Source: Piromyces finnis finn (taxonomy: Eukaryota > Fungi > Neocallimastigomycota). From it: a DNA stretch of 64,000 bases. The stretch covers positions 62,001-126,000 of the forward strand of contig MCFH01000004.1 of assembly GCA_002104945.1 (NCBI GenBank), given 5' to 3'. Positions 38,573 to 49,381 of this stretch are shown piece by piece (position 1 is the first letter of the stretch; every line of letters starts with the position of its first letter). The notes beneath the pieces were generated by a model. The model was not told the DNA's origin, searched no databases, and saw only the letters and a program-made list of their open reading frames with translations. A program made the position numbers and the translations under genes.

Positions 38573-39508
38573 ATGTCAAATAAAGACGGTTCAAGTGTTA
38601 TTATAAATGAACGAAGTCTGAAAAAAGATATTCCACCATCTAAAATAATACCTGAACAAAGAAATAAAAATAAAAAAATAAATAATATAAATAAAGCACA
38701 ACTATCTAATTCTAAAACATCATCATCTTTCATAGTTGCTTCTAAACCAAAAATAATAGAGTCAAAGAATACAAATGGTATAAAGGAAAAAATTAAAAAA
38801 TGCAATTCTCAAAAAAGTATAAATTATAACTATGAACATATCACATACTACCCGAAATCAAAAAGAAAGACCATTACCCAATATCCAACAGATATTCGTT
38901 CTAAAGGAAACGTAAGAAGAAAACCTATAATGATAATGTTAATAATATAATATTATAATAATGAAATATTAAATTTATTTTATTTTTATAATATCAATAG
39001 ATTTATTATAAATGGGTAAAGGAATTATTACCAGAATATTCACACAAGTTTATAAAATATGAACTTTGTGATGTTATGTCCAAAAGTTATGTATTTGAAG
39101 CAATCATTAGAGTATGTTTTATTTATTGTTATTATTATTATTTGTAAGAGAAAATATATTTAATATATTAATATTTTTTTCTGTTATTCTCTATTCTTTA
39201 GAAACTTTCACCAGAATACAAAAGTAGTGATTATAATCCAAGAAGAAACATTTTTAGAACCTTATTACCACTTGATAATATTAATAAATTTAATGAAATC
39301 TTTGAATACATTCAAAATCACATGAACATTACAGTAGTTATTACTGCTTATGGTAAATATTTATCTTAAAAGAATACATTATGTAAATGCAAATAAACTA
39401 ATATGCTTTTTTTTTTTAACTATAGATCTTCACTTTGGCAATTTATCTTCAATATTTATCATTATAAAGCAATTACAAAGATATGAAAATAACCATCCAA
39501 ATTTTTAA
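38573..39508 (+). CDS. Spliced exons encoding a calponin-homology-like domain (..-38911, 39001-39111, 39202-39352, 39426-39508)
   Basis: Three frame-preserving GT-AG introns; product KWVKELLP..ELCDVM..IIRKLSP..DNINKF..ITAYDLHFGNLSSIFIIIKQL fits the CH pattern. Confidence 0.65.
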
Positions 39509-40361
39509 TAAAAAAAATAAAGAAATAAAGAAAAATAATACTAACAATAAGCAATAAAATTAAATTCAAAAAACAAAAATAGCAATTAAAAAACAAAATA
39601 ATATTATCATTATAAAATTAAAAAAAAAAAAAAAAAAAAATAGAATCAAAATATTCTTTATCAGAAATTTAAACAAATTTCAAACAATACAATACCAATA
39701 TATATAAATTATATAAATAATACATAAAATAACTATATAAACTCACAATTTAGTCAATTTAGTATTTCACTTTTTTTTTTTTTTTCACATTTCATAGATA
39801 GATATATAATATTTAAACAATATATAGTATCATTTTAATTTTTTTTTTTTACAAAAAAAAGAAAATATATATTTATAAAAAAAAAAAAAAAAAAGAAAAA
39901 GAAGAAAAATATATACTAAAGATATAGATAAAGAAAAAATTAATTTTAATTAATTTTATAAAATTTTTCTAAATAATATCACGATTTTTTATAATAATAA
40001 TACAAATACAAATTAAATATAAATTAATCAAATCAATAATGCACATTAATTCATTCTAGAATTAAACTAAATAATAATAATTATTATAAAAAATATCTCT
40101 TTATTTTTTATGATTATAAAATAATATAATTATAATTATAATATTAAAATAGCTTAATTCTCATAAATATATATTATTTCATTCATTATTTTAATATTAT
40201 AAAAATTTTTATAAAAATAAATTTTCATTATAATGATAATAATCAATCTTTTAAAAAATAAAATAAAAAAAGATTGGTAAAAATAAAAAAAAAAAATAAT
40301 AAAAAATAAAATAAAAAATAAAGAATATATTATTAAAATATAAAAGGTTTTTTGTGTTTAC

Positions 40362-40400
<39 letters not shown>

Positions 40401-40523
40401 TATTTATTTTACAATAGCATCATCTACAAGGAATAAAAATTATACATTTCATAATATTACTTTTATTTATATATACAGCATAATTATTTTCTTTTTATCA
40501 AAAAAAAAAAAAAAATAAAGTTA

Positions 40524-42622
40524 TTATAACAAGAAAATTAATATTAATCCAAGAAGTAGATAATAAAGTTTAAAAGATGATGTTTTAACTAAGAATCCAG
40601 CAGAATTAAATCTAACAGAATCAATTTCTTGTTGAGTACATTCTCTATAATTTTTAAGATAATCATCTTCTTTTTCACAAGTTCTATTTTGATAACAAAG
40701 AACATTAACACCAGAAAAATTACATTCTTTTAATGGTTTCGTATCATTCCAACCAAAATTTATAATAATTGCTTTTGTAATTTTTGAATTTTTTGAAATA
40801 TCTCTTTATATATATAAAAGAATATAAATTAGATACCAATTAGATAACTTTAATCCTTTTTTTTTTTTTTAAAGAAAAAAATAAATAATATATATATATA
40901 TAATGGTATAAACTAATATATAATAACATACAAAGCTTCCATATTAGTTAAATTAAACATTTTATTTGGTAACTTTGTAATTGAACCAGATGATAAATAC
41001 CTTTATTATTAATAAACATAATTAAAATTAATATATTTATATATTAAAAAAAATAATAATAATAATAATTTATATTGATATAAAGAAATAATTAGTTTAC
41101 ATTTTTTTAATATTATCATAGGTTGCTAATTTATTAATAAAACTATCATTAATAATGGAAGATCCATTTGCATAACTAAAATAAATTTAAATAAAATTAA
41201 TAATTTATATATAATTATTAAATTAATTCATTAATAGATATTATATAGTATAATTACACTTCTTCTAAAGCATTATTTTTATTTGTAGAAGAATATGAAG
41301 TAAATTTATTTCCAACAATATTTCTAATATAAATTTTTTTATATATTAATAATTCAATATATAAAAAGTATCATTAATTACATTATTATATTGACTTTTT
41401 ATAATTATACTATTTTCTGATGAACATACATAGTTGTTAAAGAATCCGGAATAATTAATTCGCCATTAAATTGATTATTTTGAATGTAACTAAATTATAA
41501 AATTAAAAAAAAAAATAATAAAATAAAATAAAATAAAAAAATTGGTTTACTAAATTGATATATAAAGTATATTTATAATATAAAAGTAATTATTAAAAAA
41601 AAATTACAGTTGTTTAAGAGTTTTAAATTCTTTAATTTCAGATGTTAAATTACCAGTAATTTGATTACCCTTTATAGAACTATTTTGAATATATTCATTT
41701 TATTAGTATTTAATATATTTAATATTATTTATAATAAAAAAAAAATAATAAAATTTATACAGAGTTTTTAAATTTTTCAATTTCTTGAATATATATGGAA
41801 ATTTAACAAGACCATTATTATCTAAATAACTAAAAATGAAATATAATTAAGAATATTTATATTAAAGAAAATGTAAGAATAATTAGTATTTATACAAACA
41901 TTTCTTCAATTGGACTATTTCCATTAATATCATTTGCATTTTCTGGCATTTTGGGTGTTTTATATAAATTTCTATTACAGTAGGAAAAAAAAAAAAAAAA
42001 GTATATTTAGTAAAACTAACAAAAATGGTTATGGGATTATTGTTACTATAATATTAACTTCATTTCATATACTAATTACAATATTTTTAATTTTGGTAGA
42101 TCAAAGAATCGTTTTGGAAGAATACCATTTGGGAAATTATTTTCTCCATTGATTTTTCTAATATATATATAATTTCAATATTTTATTATCAATAATTTAA
42201 TTTATATATACGTATTAATTATAATTATATATAATAATACAATTCAGTAAGCTCGGATAAAAGTGGAAAACTTCCAGTATCTGAAAATACAAATTTTGAA
42301 TATAATTGTAAATCTCTATTTTATTATATTACATTATATGATATAATAACATATTATATTAATGTTAAAAAAACAGTAAATCAAAATAAAAAAATAATAA
42401 TAATAATATAACAAATTACATTGTCTTAATATGTTCATCTTTACAAGTAATATTGAATGAATATTGTTCTGTTTCTTTTAACCCACAACAATCTTCTTTT
42501 GAATTAAAAGTAAAACTACTTCTCTGAAGAAATTTACCGAAATCAACACATTCTTGAATTACACCGAATGTTGGTAATACATTAGCTAATGTAATTATAA
42601 AAGTTATAGCTTTTACTTTCAT
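40524..42622 (-). CDS. Multi-exon secreted leucine-rich-repeat protein with Cys caps and a GPI-like hydrophobic C-terminus
   Basis: Signal peptide, EC..DCC..C cap, 69-72 nt LRR exons (e.g. SIKGNQITGNLTSEIKEFKTLKQL), final exon ending NSAGFLVKTSSFKLYYLLLGLILIFLL-stop. Confidence 0.8.
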
Positions 42623-43386
42623 TATTTCTTTTATGGGAATAAATAATAACTAATAAAAATGAATTTTAATTTTTATTATTATTTTATTTTTTTTTTTTAA
42701 AAAATAAAATATTACTTATATTTTTATATATTAAGCTATTTTAGTTTCAAAAAAAAAAAAAAAAAATGAAATGAAATGAAATTATATATTATATTTAATA
42801 TATAACTAAAAAATATATAATAATATATTATATTTTGACATATAAAAAATATCAATGTTAATCACAACTTTAATTAAAATACAAATTTTAAATCTTTACT
42901 TTTTTTTTATATATAATTCTAATTTTTAAAAAGTTTGAACTATATTTAAAATTCTATATGTATGATCCATATTGTAACTACTTGCATAATTTTATCTTTT
43001 ATTTACTTTATATAATAATTAATAATAAATAACTTGATGTTATATATATATCATAAAATAACATAAATTAACAAAATATAAATTCTGTTCAATAATATAA
43101 AAAAATTAATAATTTTGTAAAAGGATATCATTTTTATTATAACTAAATATAACAATTACTTTAAAAATTGAAAGATACTTTAATTTTTATTAAATAATCA
43201 CTTTTTAATATTATTTTAAATACTTTTTTTTTATTTTATTTTATATTTATAATGTATTTATAGTATTATTCAATAAGCATATTTTAAAAACTTAATTTTA
43301 TGACTTTTGAGAAAAGCAAAATTAAAATTATTTTAAAAGGTTAAATTAAAATGAATTAATAATCTAACCTTTAATCAAATAGTATC

Positions 43387-43621
43387 TGTCAGATAAATTT
43401 AGTTTACACTTAAATTTATTTATAAAACTATTTGGGTTTTTATAATCTTTTATTTATTTATATTTATTTTATAATATAAATATTGTAACTTTCTTAAAAT
43501 CTTTTTATTAAAAAATAACCAAAGAATAAAAATGTAGTACAATATTAATTTATAATTTTATAAAATACAAATACATAAAAAATACATAAAATATTATTTT
43601 GGAATGTATTTTATTTTCACA
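43387..43621 (-). repeat. 3' LTR
   Basis: Identical by eye to 49147-49381; adjoined by the polypurine tract. Confidence 0.97.
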
Positions 43622-43631
43622 CTCCCCCAAA
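43622..43631 (-). other. Polypurine tract (TTTGGGGGAG on minus strand)
   Basis: Purine run immediately before the 3' LTR. Confidence 0.85.
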
Positions 43632-43643
43632 GTTATAAATTCA

Positions 43644-46600
43644 TTATTTGTATTTATATAATAAACTATCTCTAAATATTTTCATTTTATTTTTATTCAA
43701 GTATTTAGTAAAACCATCTGCTAAATTTTCTTCTGATTTTATATATTCTAGACTGATTTTATTTTCTTTAATTAATTCTCTTACTTTATGGTACTTAATA
43801 TCAATATGTTTTGACTTTGGATTAATCGTTTCATTATTTGCGTTGTAAATAGTTGCTTGATTATCAATATTGATTTTTAAGCATTCTTCCTTTATTTTTA
43901 ATTCACTAAAAATATTTCTATACCACAGAGCTTGCTTTGAGCATTCACAAAGTCCATAATATTCTGCTTCGGCGGTTGAAGTTGATACACATTTTTGCAG
44001 TTTTGAGTACCAGCTTGTTGGTCCATTTCCCAATAAAAATACAAATCCAGTGGTAGATTTTCTTGTTTCTTCATCTCCCCCATAGTCTGAATCTACAAAA
44101 ATCTTCAAATTTAAGTTTCTTTCAAAACGGATTCCATAATGAGGATTTTCTTTCAGATATTTGAATATTTGTAATACATTCTTCCAATTTTGGATAGTAG
44201 GATTTTGTGAGAACCTAGATGCTTTGGTTACTGAAAATAAGATATCTGGACGAGTACCTATGGCTAAATATAAAAGACTTCCTATTGCAGCTCTATAAGT
44301 AGTAGGGTCAAAAGGCTGATTGAGTTGTTCATCATTCTTGATTGGTGTAGTTGTCTTTGATCCTCTGCAGTTTTCTAAACCAAATTTGTGTAATATATCC
44401 TTTAAATACCTTTCTTGATGTAACAAATACCCATCTTTTAACGTTTCTACTTTGATTCCTATGATGAAATTTGCATCACCAACATCCGTGATAACATATT
44501 TCTCTTTAATTAATTTAATAGTTTTATCTATTTCTTCCTTTTTACCAGTTATTAGGATGTCATCAACATATATTCCAACTAAACATACTAATTTATTGTT
44601 TTTGGTCTTTATAAATATGCATGGTTCGCTAACTAATTTCTGAAATCCTAGTTCAATGAGAGTATTGCTGATGTTGTTATTCCATTCTCTTGCTGCTTGT
44701 TTTAAGCCATATAATGCTTTATTTAATTTCCATAATCCTTTTTTATACATTTTATCTCCTTCAGGTGCTTTCATATATATATCTTCCTTTAAATCTGCAT
44801 ACAAATATGCGGCCTTAACATCTAATTGATGGATTTTATAGTTATTAATTGCAGCTATTCCTATTAGGATTCTTAATGAGTCTTGTTTTAGAGTAGGAGA
44901 AAAGGTCTCATTGTAGTCTTCTCCATATTCTTGTGTAAAACCTCTGGCTACAAGTCTAGCTTTGTATTTTTCTATCTCACCAGTGCTATTCCTTTTTATC
45001 TTAAATACCCATCTTGAATCAATAATATTGGCGTCTTCTGGAACTTCATCTATTCTTTTGAACACTTTTCTTTCTTTCATATTTAGCAATTCGGCTTCTA
45101 TTGCTTTTATCCACTTATCCTTATCTTTTCTTTTAAATATATCATTATAGGAATTTGGCTCCTTGATTTGTGCTATAGTTAGCGCCACTTCCTTAATTTT
45201 CTTCTTTTCTGGTTCATGTTCATGTGGCTTACTAAATTTTTCTTCTATGACATCTTCACTTGGAACAAGTTTCCGCTTTCTTGGGAATTTTTCTTCCTTT
45301 GGTGGATGATTTTCATTTAATTTAAAATTTTTATTGGATTTTAATTTTCTATTTAGATTTCTCTTATTCAAAAAATTTTGTTTTGATAATAACTTTTTCT
45401 TATCAAAAAATTTTTTCTTAGATTTATCTTTATTGATTGGATCTTTAATTTCATTTTTATTTTTTAAATTTCTCAAATTATATTCCTTTTTATTTTGATT
45501 ATTTAAATTACTTTCTTTTTCATCAGAAATATTTTTAAATTTGGACTTTTCTTCAGGAATATTGATATTTTCTTTATTCAAATTTCTTCTTATTTCATTC
45601 TCATTAATAGGTATGTAATTTTTCTTATAATATTCTTCATTCTTATAATTTACTTTTACATTTGAATAATTATTTTCTATTTCTTTTCTATTATTTTTAT
45701 TTATATTATTTTTGACACTCTCAATATTTTCAAAATCAATTTTCTTTCTTGTTCCTAAATCAATGTCAGGACTCAGGATATTTAAAAAATCATTATTGTC
45801 AATTTCTCCAGTTAAATCATTTATCTCCATTTCTGATGGTGTTTTTAATACTTCTTCAATTAATTCATTTTTATTTACAATGTCTGAATTTTCTTCTATA
45901 AAATAAACATTTCCTTTTGCATTCAGGTATTTATTATTCCTTTTATTATCCTTTGATATATTTGAATTGTCTTTACTGTTTATATTTTTATTTTTCTTGT
46001 CGTCATTTCTCTTTATATTCACTTCTTTAATTTCACAAATTTCAGTTTCGTCAGCACTATTATATTTTAAATTATTATATTTTAAATTATTTTCTTCCAA
46101 GGTAAAGTTATTTATATTGCCGTCGTTACTTCCTGAAATGTCATTATTGTTTTCTTTTTCTTTATTGGTTTCACTTACAGATTCCATTGAAGTACTTATT
46201 TTAATTTCTTTATTTTCTTCCATTTCTTCAATTTTCTGGTAATTATTTTTGTTCAAACGTTCTTTTTTCTTTTCTTTTAGTTTAATATAGTCTAAGAGAT
46301 TTAAGTCTTCTTCTTCTGAGTCTTCTATATTCATATTACTATCATTAGTGTCCTCGCAGACTTGCATAAAACTTTCAGAACTATTATTTTTTTCTTTATT
46401 TAATAGTGACGTGAGCTTATCCAGCTTTTCTTCTATATTTCTAAATTTTTCTTCATAATTTACTTCTTTTAAGTCTTCTTTATTACTAGTTTTATCATTG
46501 AGTGTTTCTAGGTTTTCATTCATTAATTTATCATTTTCATTTGAAATGTCCTTTTCTTTTTTGTCTTTATTGTTATTGTTTTCATTTTCTTTATCATACA

Positions 46601-49097
46601 TATAATTAAAGTTCCTTACTTGAAAAGTTTCTGTATCTTGACTATATGTTTCATTATTATTTTCTTTTTCTAAATTATAATTGTAGTCACCAGGTTCTTC
46701 TTCTAAAAAACCTACGACTCTTTTCACTTTAATTTTCCTTGATTTTATGTCGAATATTCTGTATCCTACTGAAGATTCATCATATCCGATAAAGATTCCC
46801 TCCTTAGTTTTGTCTTGAAATTTTGGAATGTTACTGTCATCTAAATAATACACTTTACATCCAAATACTCTTAAATTTTTATAATCAACTTTTCTGTTGT
46901 ACATTAATTCAAATGGTATTTCACCATTAATTCCACTGTGCGGAACTCGATTATGAACATAGTTCGCTGTTTTCACAGCATCTTCCCAAAAGCGACGACA
47001 TAACCTTGCGTCCATTAACATTGCAGTAGCAGTTTTTATTAACTTTCCATTGAATCTTTCTGCTCTTCCATTCTGCTCCGGATTTCCAGGGACGGTGAAT
47101 TGTTGAGTTATTCCATATTCGTTACATAACTCCTTGAAGTTATTAGAAGTGAATTCAGTTCCATTATCGCTTCTAAGATATTTTACTTTGGATGATAATT
47201 CATTAGTAGTTTTATTCAGCCAATTTCCAAATTCTTTGAAAACATCACTTTTATTCTTGACAAATATTACCCATCCATATCGACTGTAATCATCTAAGAT
47301 ACTTAAAAAGTATACGTTGTCATGAATTGATGGTGTGATTGGACCTACCAAATCGATGTGTACTAGTTCCAAAACACTTGATGCTCTACTATCTGACCTT
47401 TTATGAGGGATTTCTTTCATTTTGCTTCTCATGCATATTGTACAATTGTGAATATTGTTCTTTTCATCATTATTGTTGAAATTCAGATGCCCTATTCTTC
47501 TATGCCAGTATTCACCATTGTTTCGTACATTATCGCACATTGAGTAATTATTAACTACATTACCTTCTTTGATGTACAAATTGAATACATCATATTCATT
47601 TGCTTTAACTTCGTATACATTATCTGTTTTCTTATCTTTTATATATGCAAATACATTATTGTTCTTCTCATCAAAGATTATTTGGTAGCCACTTTTAACT
47701 AACTTGGCAACAGAAATTAAATTTCGTTTTACATCTGGGATGTACATTACATCTTCTAATTTTATTGGTTCTTCATTAATAGATCCATTTACTTCACCCA
47801 TATGTGTTGACTTTGTAGTCGCTCCATTTGCATAATTGATTGGTTCTACATGTTCAAAAACATTTTTGAGAATTCCTATATCTTTGGTAATATGATTAGA
47901 AGCACCAGAATCTAAAGTCCATGTAGTAAAACTTGTAGGTACATTTTCACAAGATACGTAATTGCATGATTTATTATTACATTCATCATTGTTATTGTCA
48001 AATAATGTATTGTAATCAACTGTAAACAAATCTTGATATCCAACTTCTGGTTCAAAGTCTTCAGTGGTTTGTTTATTTACTATTTCACCTGTTGCTAAAA
48101 ATGCTTCCTTGCCTTTATTTTTCTCTTTTCTTAGCCTTCTTGTAACTTCTTCTGAAAGTTCTTTTTGAATACGACATTGTTTTACAGTATGTCCTTTTTG
48201 ATGACAAAAATAACATGTAATGTTTTGTTTATTTTTGTTATTCCAATTTCTTTCTTCATTGGACTTTTCTTTTCCTTTATTTGTATTTTTATTATGATTA
48301 TTACTTTGTTTGTTGCGGTAGTATTTAGTACTTTCCTTTCTTTTATCACCTTTGTAACTACCTTCAACACTAAAGATATGTCTAATTCCGAAGGTTTCAG
48401 ATTTCTCTTTCGGATCAAATTTGTTCATCTTATCTATCATTCTTGCTGTGTCCTTTTTGCATTCTTCCCAGTCTTCATGCTTAAGGACTGTGACTTTCCT
48501 ATATTTTTCTGGTAAGGCTTGATACAGTAAACCAATTTTTTCTTCATCATCTATTTTCACATTTAGTTGTTCTAACTTATTAAAGTTGGAATTTAACTTA
48601 TTTACAAATCTTGAGAAACTTTCTTTCGGGTCGTATTTTAAGGAGTTTGTTTCCTTAATAAGCCTATTCTTTCTTTCTATTTTATCCCCTAAATAAATGT
48701 CTTCTAATAGTTTCCACATTTCGTAGCTTGTTAAAGACCTATCTTGGATATCTTGTTGGCAGTTTGGGCCTAAAGTATACCTAATTAAAAATTGGATATT
48801 CCTATCTGTTTTTAAGTCATCTTCGGTTACGTTCTTATCATAGTAGGTATTGATTTCAAAAGGTGCCTTTAGATATTCTTCTCCGTCGATATCCATTCCT
48901 TCGTCACTTTTGATCTTTGGGGTTTTGTTTTCATCAACCCAATCTTCAAGACCATAATAATTTAAAATATTCCTCATAAACATTTGCCACGTTATGAAAT
49001 TTTTATTGTTCAATTCATAAGTGACCTTTCCTAGCATAACGGTAGGATCGAATATAGGAATTGATCCAGTATCTCCGTTAGATTTTCTTTTTGACAT
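43644..49097 (-). CDS. Copia Gag-Pol polyprotein, single ORF of 1817 aa
   Basis: CYFCHQKGHTVKQC knuckle, LDSGASNH protease, HIDLVGP/RSDNGTEF/NGRAER integrase, RLVARGF/LYGLKQA/YVDD RT, DSDYGGD/STAEAEY RNase H. Confidence 0.98.
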   Translation of the reverse strand: MSKRKSNGDTGSIPIFDPTVMLGKVTYELNNKNFITWQMFMRNILNYYGLEDWVDENKTPKIKSDEGMDIDGEEYLKAPFEINTYYDKNVTEDDLKTDRNIQFLIRYTLGPNCQQDIQDRSLTSYEMWKLLEDIYLGDKIERKNRLIKETNSLKYDPKESFSRFVNKLNSNFNKLEQLNVKIDDEEKIGLLYQALPEKYRKVTVLKHEDWEECKKDTARMIDKMNKFDPKEKSETFGIRHIFSVEGSYKGDKRKESTKYYRNKQSNNHNKNTNKGKEKSNEERNWNNKNKQNITCYFCHQKGHTVKQCRIQKELSEEVTRRLRKEKNKGKEAFLATGEIVNKQTTEDFEPEVGYQDLFTVDYNTLFDNNNDECNNKSCNYVSCENVPTSFTTWTLDSGASNHITKDIGILKNVFEHVEPINYANGATTKSTHMGEVNGSINEEPIKLEDVMYIPDVKRNLISVAKLVKSGYQIIFDEKNNNVFAYIKDKKTDNVYEVKANEYDVFNLYIKEGNVVNNYSMCDNVRNNGEYWHRRIGHLNFNNNDEKNNIHNCTICMRSKMKEIPHKRSDSRASSVLELVHIDLVGPITPSIHDNVYFLSILDDYSRYGWVIFVKNKSDVFKEFGNWLNKTTNELSSKVKYLRSDNGTEFTSNNFKELCNEYGITQQFTVPGNPEQNGRAERFNGKLIKTATAMLMDARLCRRFWEDAVKTANYVHNRVPHSGINGEIPFELMYNRKVDYKNLRVFGCKVYYLDDSNIPKFQDKTKEGIFIGYDESSVGYRIFDIKSRKIKVKRVVGFLEEEPGDYNYNLEKENNNETYSQDTETFQVRNFNYMYDKENENNNNKDKKEKDISNENDKLMNENLETLNDKTSNKEDLKEVNYEEKFRNIEEKLDKLTSLLNKEKNNSSESFMQVCEDTNDSNMNIEDSEEEDLNLLDYIKLKEKKKERLNKNNYQKIEEMEENKEIKISTSMESVSETNKEKENNNDISGSNDGNINNFTLEENNLKYNNLKYNSADETEICEIKEVNIKRNDDKKNKNINSKDNSNISKDNKRNNKYLNAKGNVYFIEENSDIVNKNELIEEVLKTPSEMEINDLTGEIDNNDFLNILSPDIDLGTRKKIDFENIESVKNNINKNNRKEIENNYSNVKVNYKNEEYYKKNYIPINENEIRRNLNKENINIPEEKSKFKNISDEKESNLNNQNKKEYNLRNLKNKNEIKDPINKDKSKKKFFDKKKLLSKQNFLNKRNLNRKLKSNKNFKLNENHPPKEEKFPRKRKLVPSEDVIEEKFSKPHEHEPEKKKIKEVALTIAQIKEPNSYNDIFKRKDKDKWIKAIEAELLNMKERKVFKRIDEVPEDANIIDSRWVFKIKRNSTGEIEKYKARLVARGFTQEYGEDYNETFSPTLKQDSLRILIGIAAINNYKIHQLDVKAAYLYADLKEDIYMKAPEGDKMYKKGLWKLNKALYGLKQAAREWNNNISNTLIELGFQKLVSEPCIFIKTKNNKLVCLVGIYVDDILITGKKEEIDKTIKLIKEKYVITDVGDANFIIGIKVETLKDGYLLHQERYLKDILHKFGLENCRGSKTTTPIKNDEQLNQPFDPTTYRAAIGSLLYLAIGTRPDILFSVTKASRFSQNPTIQNWKNVLQIFKYLKENPHYGIRFERNLNLKIFVDSDYGGDEETRKSTTGFVFLLGNGPTSWYSKLQKCVSTSTAEAEYYGLCECSKQALWYRNIFSELKIKEECLKINIDNQATIYNANNETINPKSKHIDIKYHKVRELIKENKISLEYIKSEENLADGFTKYLNKNKMKIFRDSLLYKYK

Positions 49098-49124
49098 ATT
49101 AAAAAAAAAACTTACTTAAATATA

Positions 49125-49146
49125 AGAGCAATTGAGACTCTTAATC
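49125..49146 (-). other. Primer-binding site complementary to the anticodon arm of tRNA-Lys(CUU)
   Basis: Abuts the 5' LTR; plus strand reads AGAGCAATTGAGACTCTTAATC, containing the loop CT-CTT-AA; no TGG-type PBS. Confidence 0.8.
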
Positions 49147-49381
49147 TGTCAGATAAATTTAGTTTACACTTAAATTTATTTATAAAACTATTTGGGTTTT
49201 TATAATCTTTTATTTATTTATATTTATTTTATAATATAAATATTGTAACTTTCTTAAAATCTTTTTATTAAAAAATAACCAAAGAATAAAAATGTAGTAC
49301 AATATTAATTTATAATTTTATAAAATACAAATACATAAAAAATACATAAAATATTATTTTGGAATGTATTTTATTTTCACA
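49147..49381 (-). repeat. 5' LTR
   Basis: Identical by eye to 43387-43621. Confidence 0.97.

Larger units (their letters stand above)
43387..49381 (-). mobile_element. Full-length Ty1/copia LTR retrotransposon
   Basis: 235-bp TG..CA LTRs at 43387-43621 and 49147-49381, GTATC target-site duplication (43382-43386, 49382-49386), gag-pol in PR-IN-RT-RH order. Confidence 0.98.
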
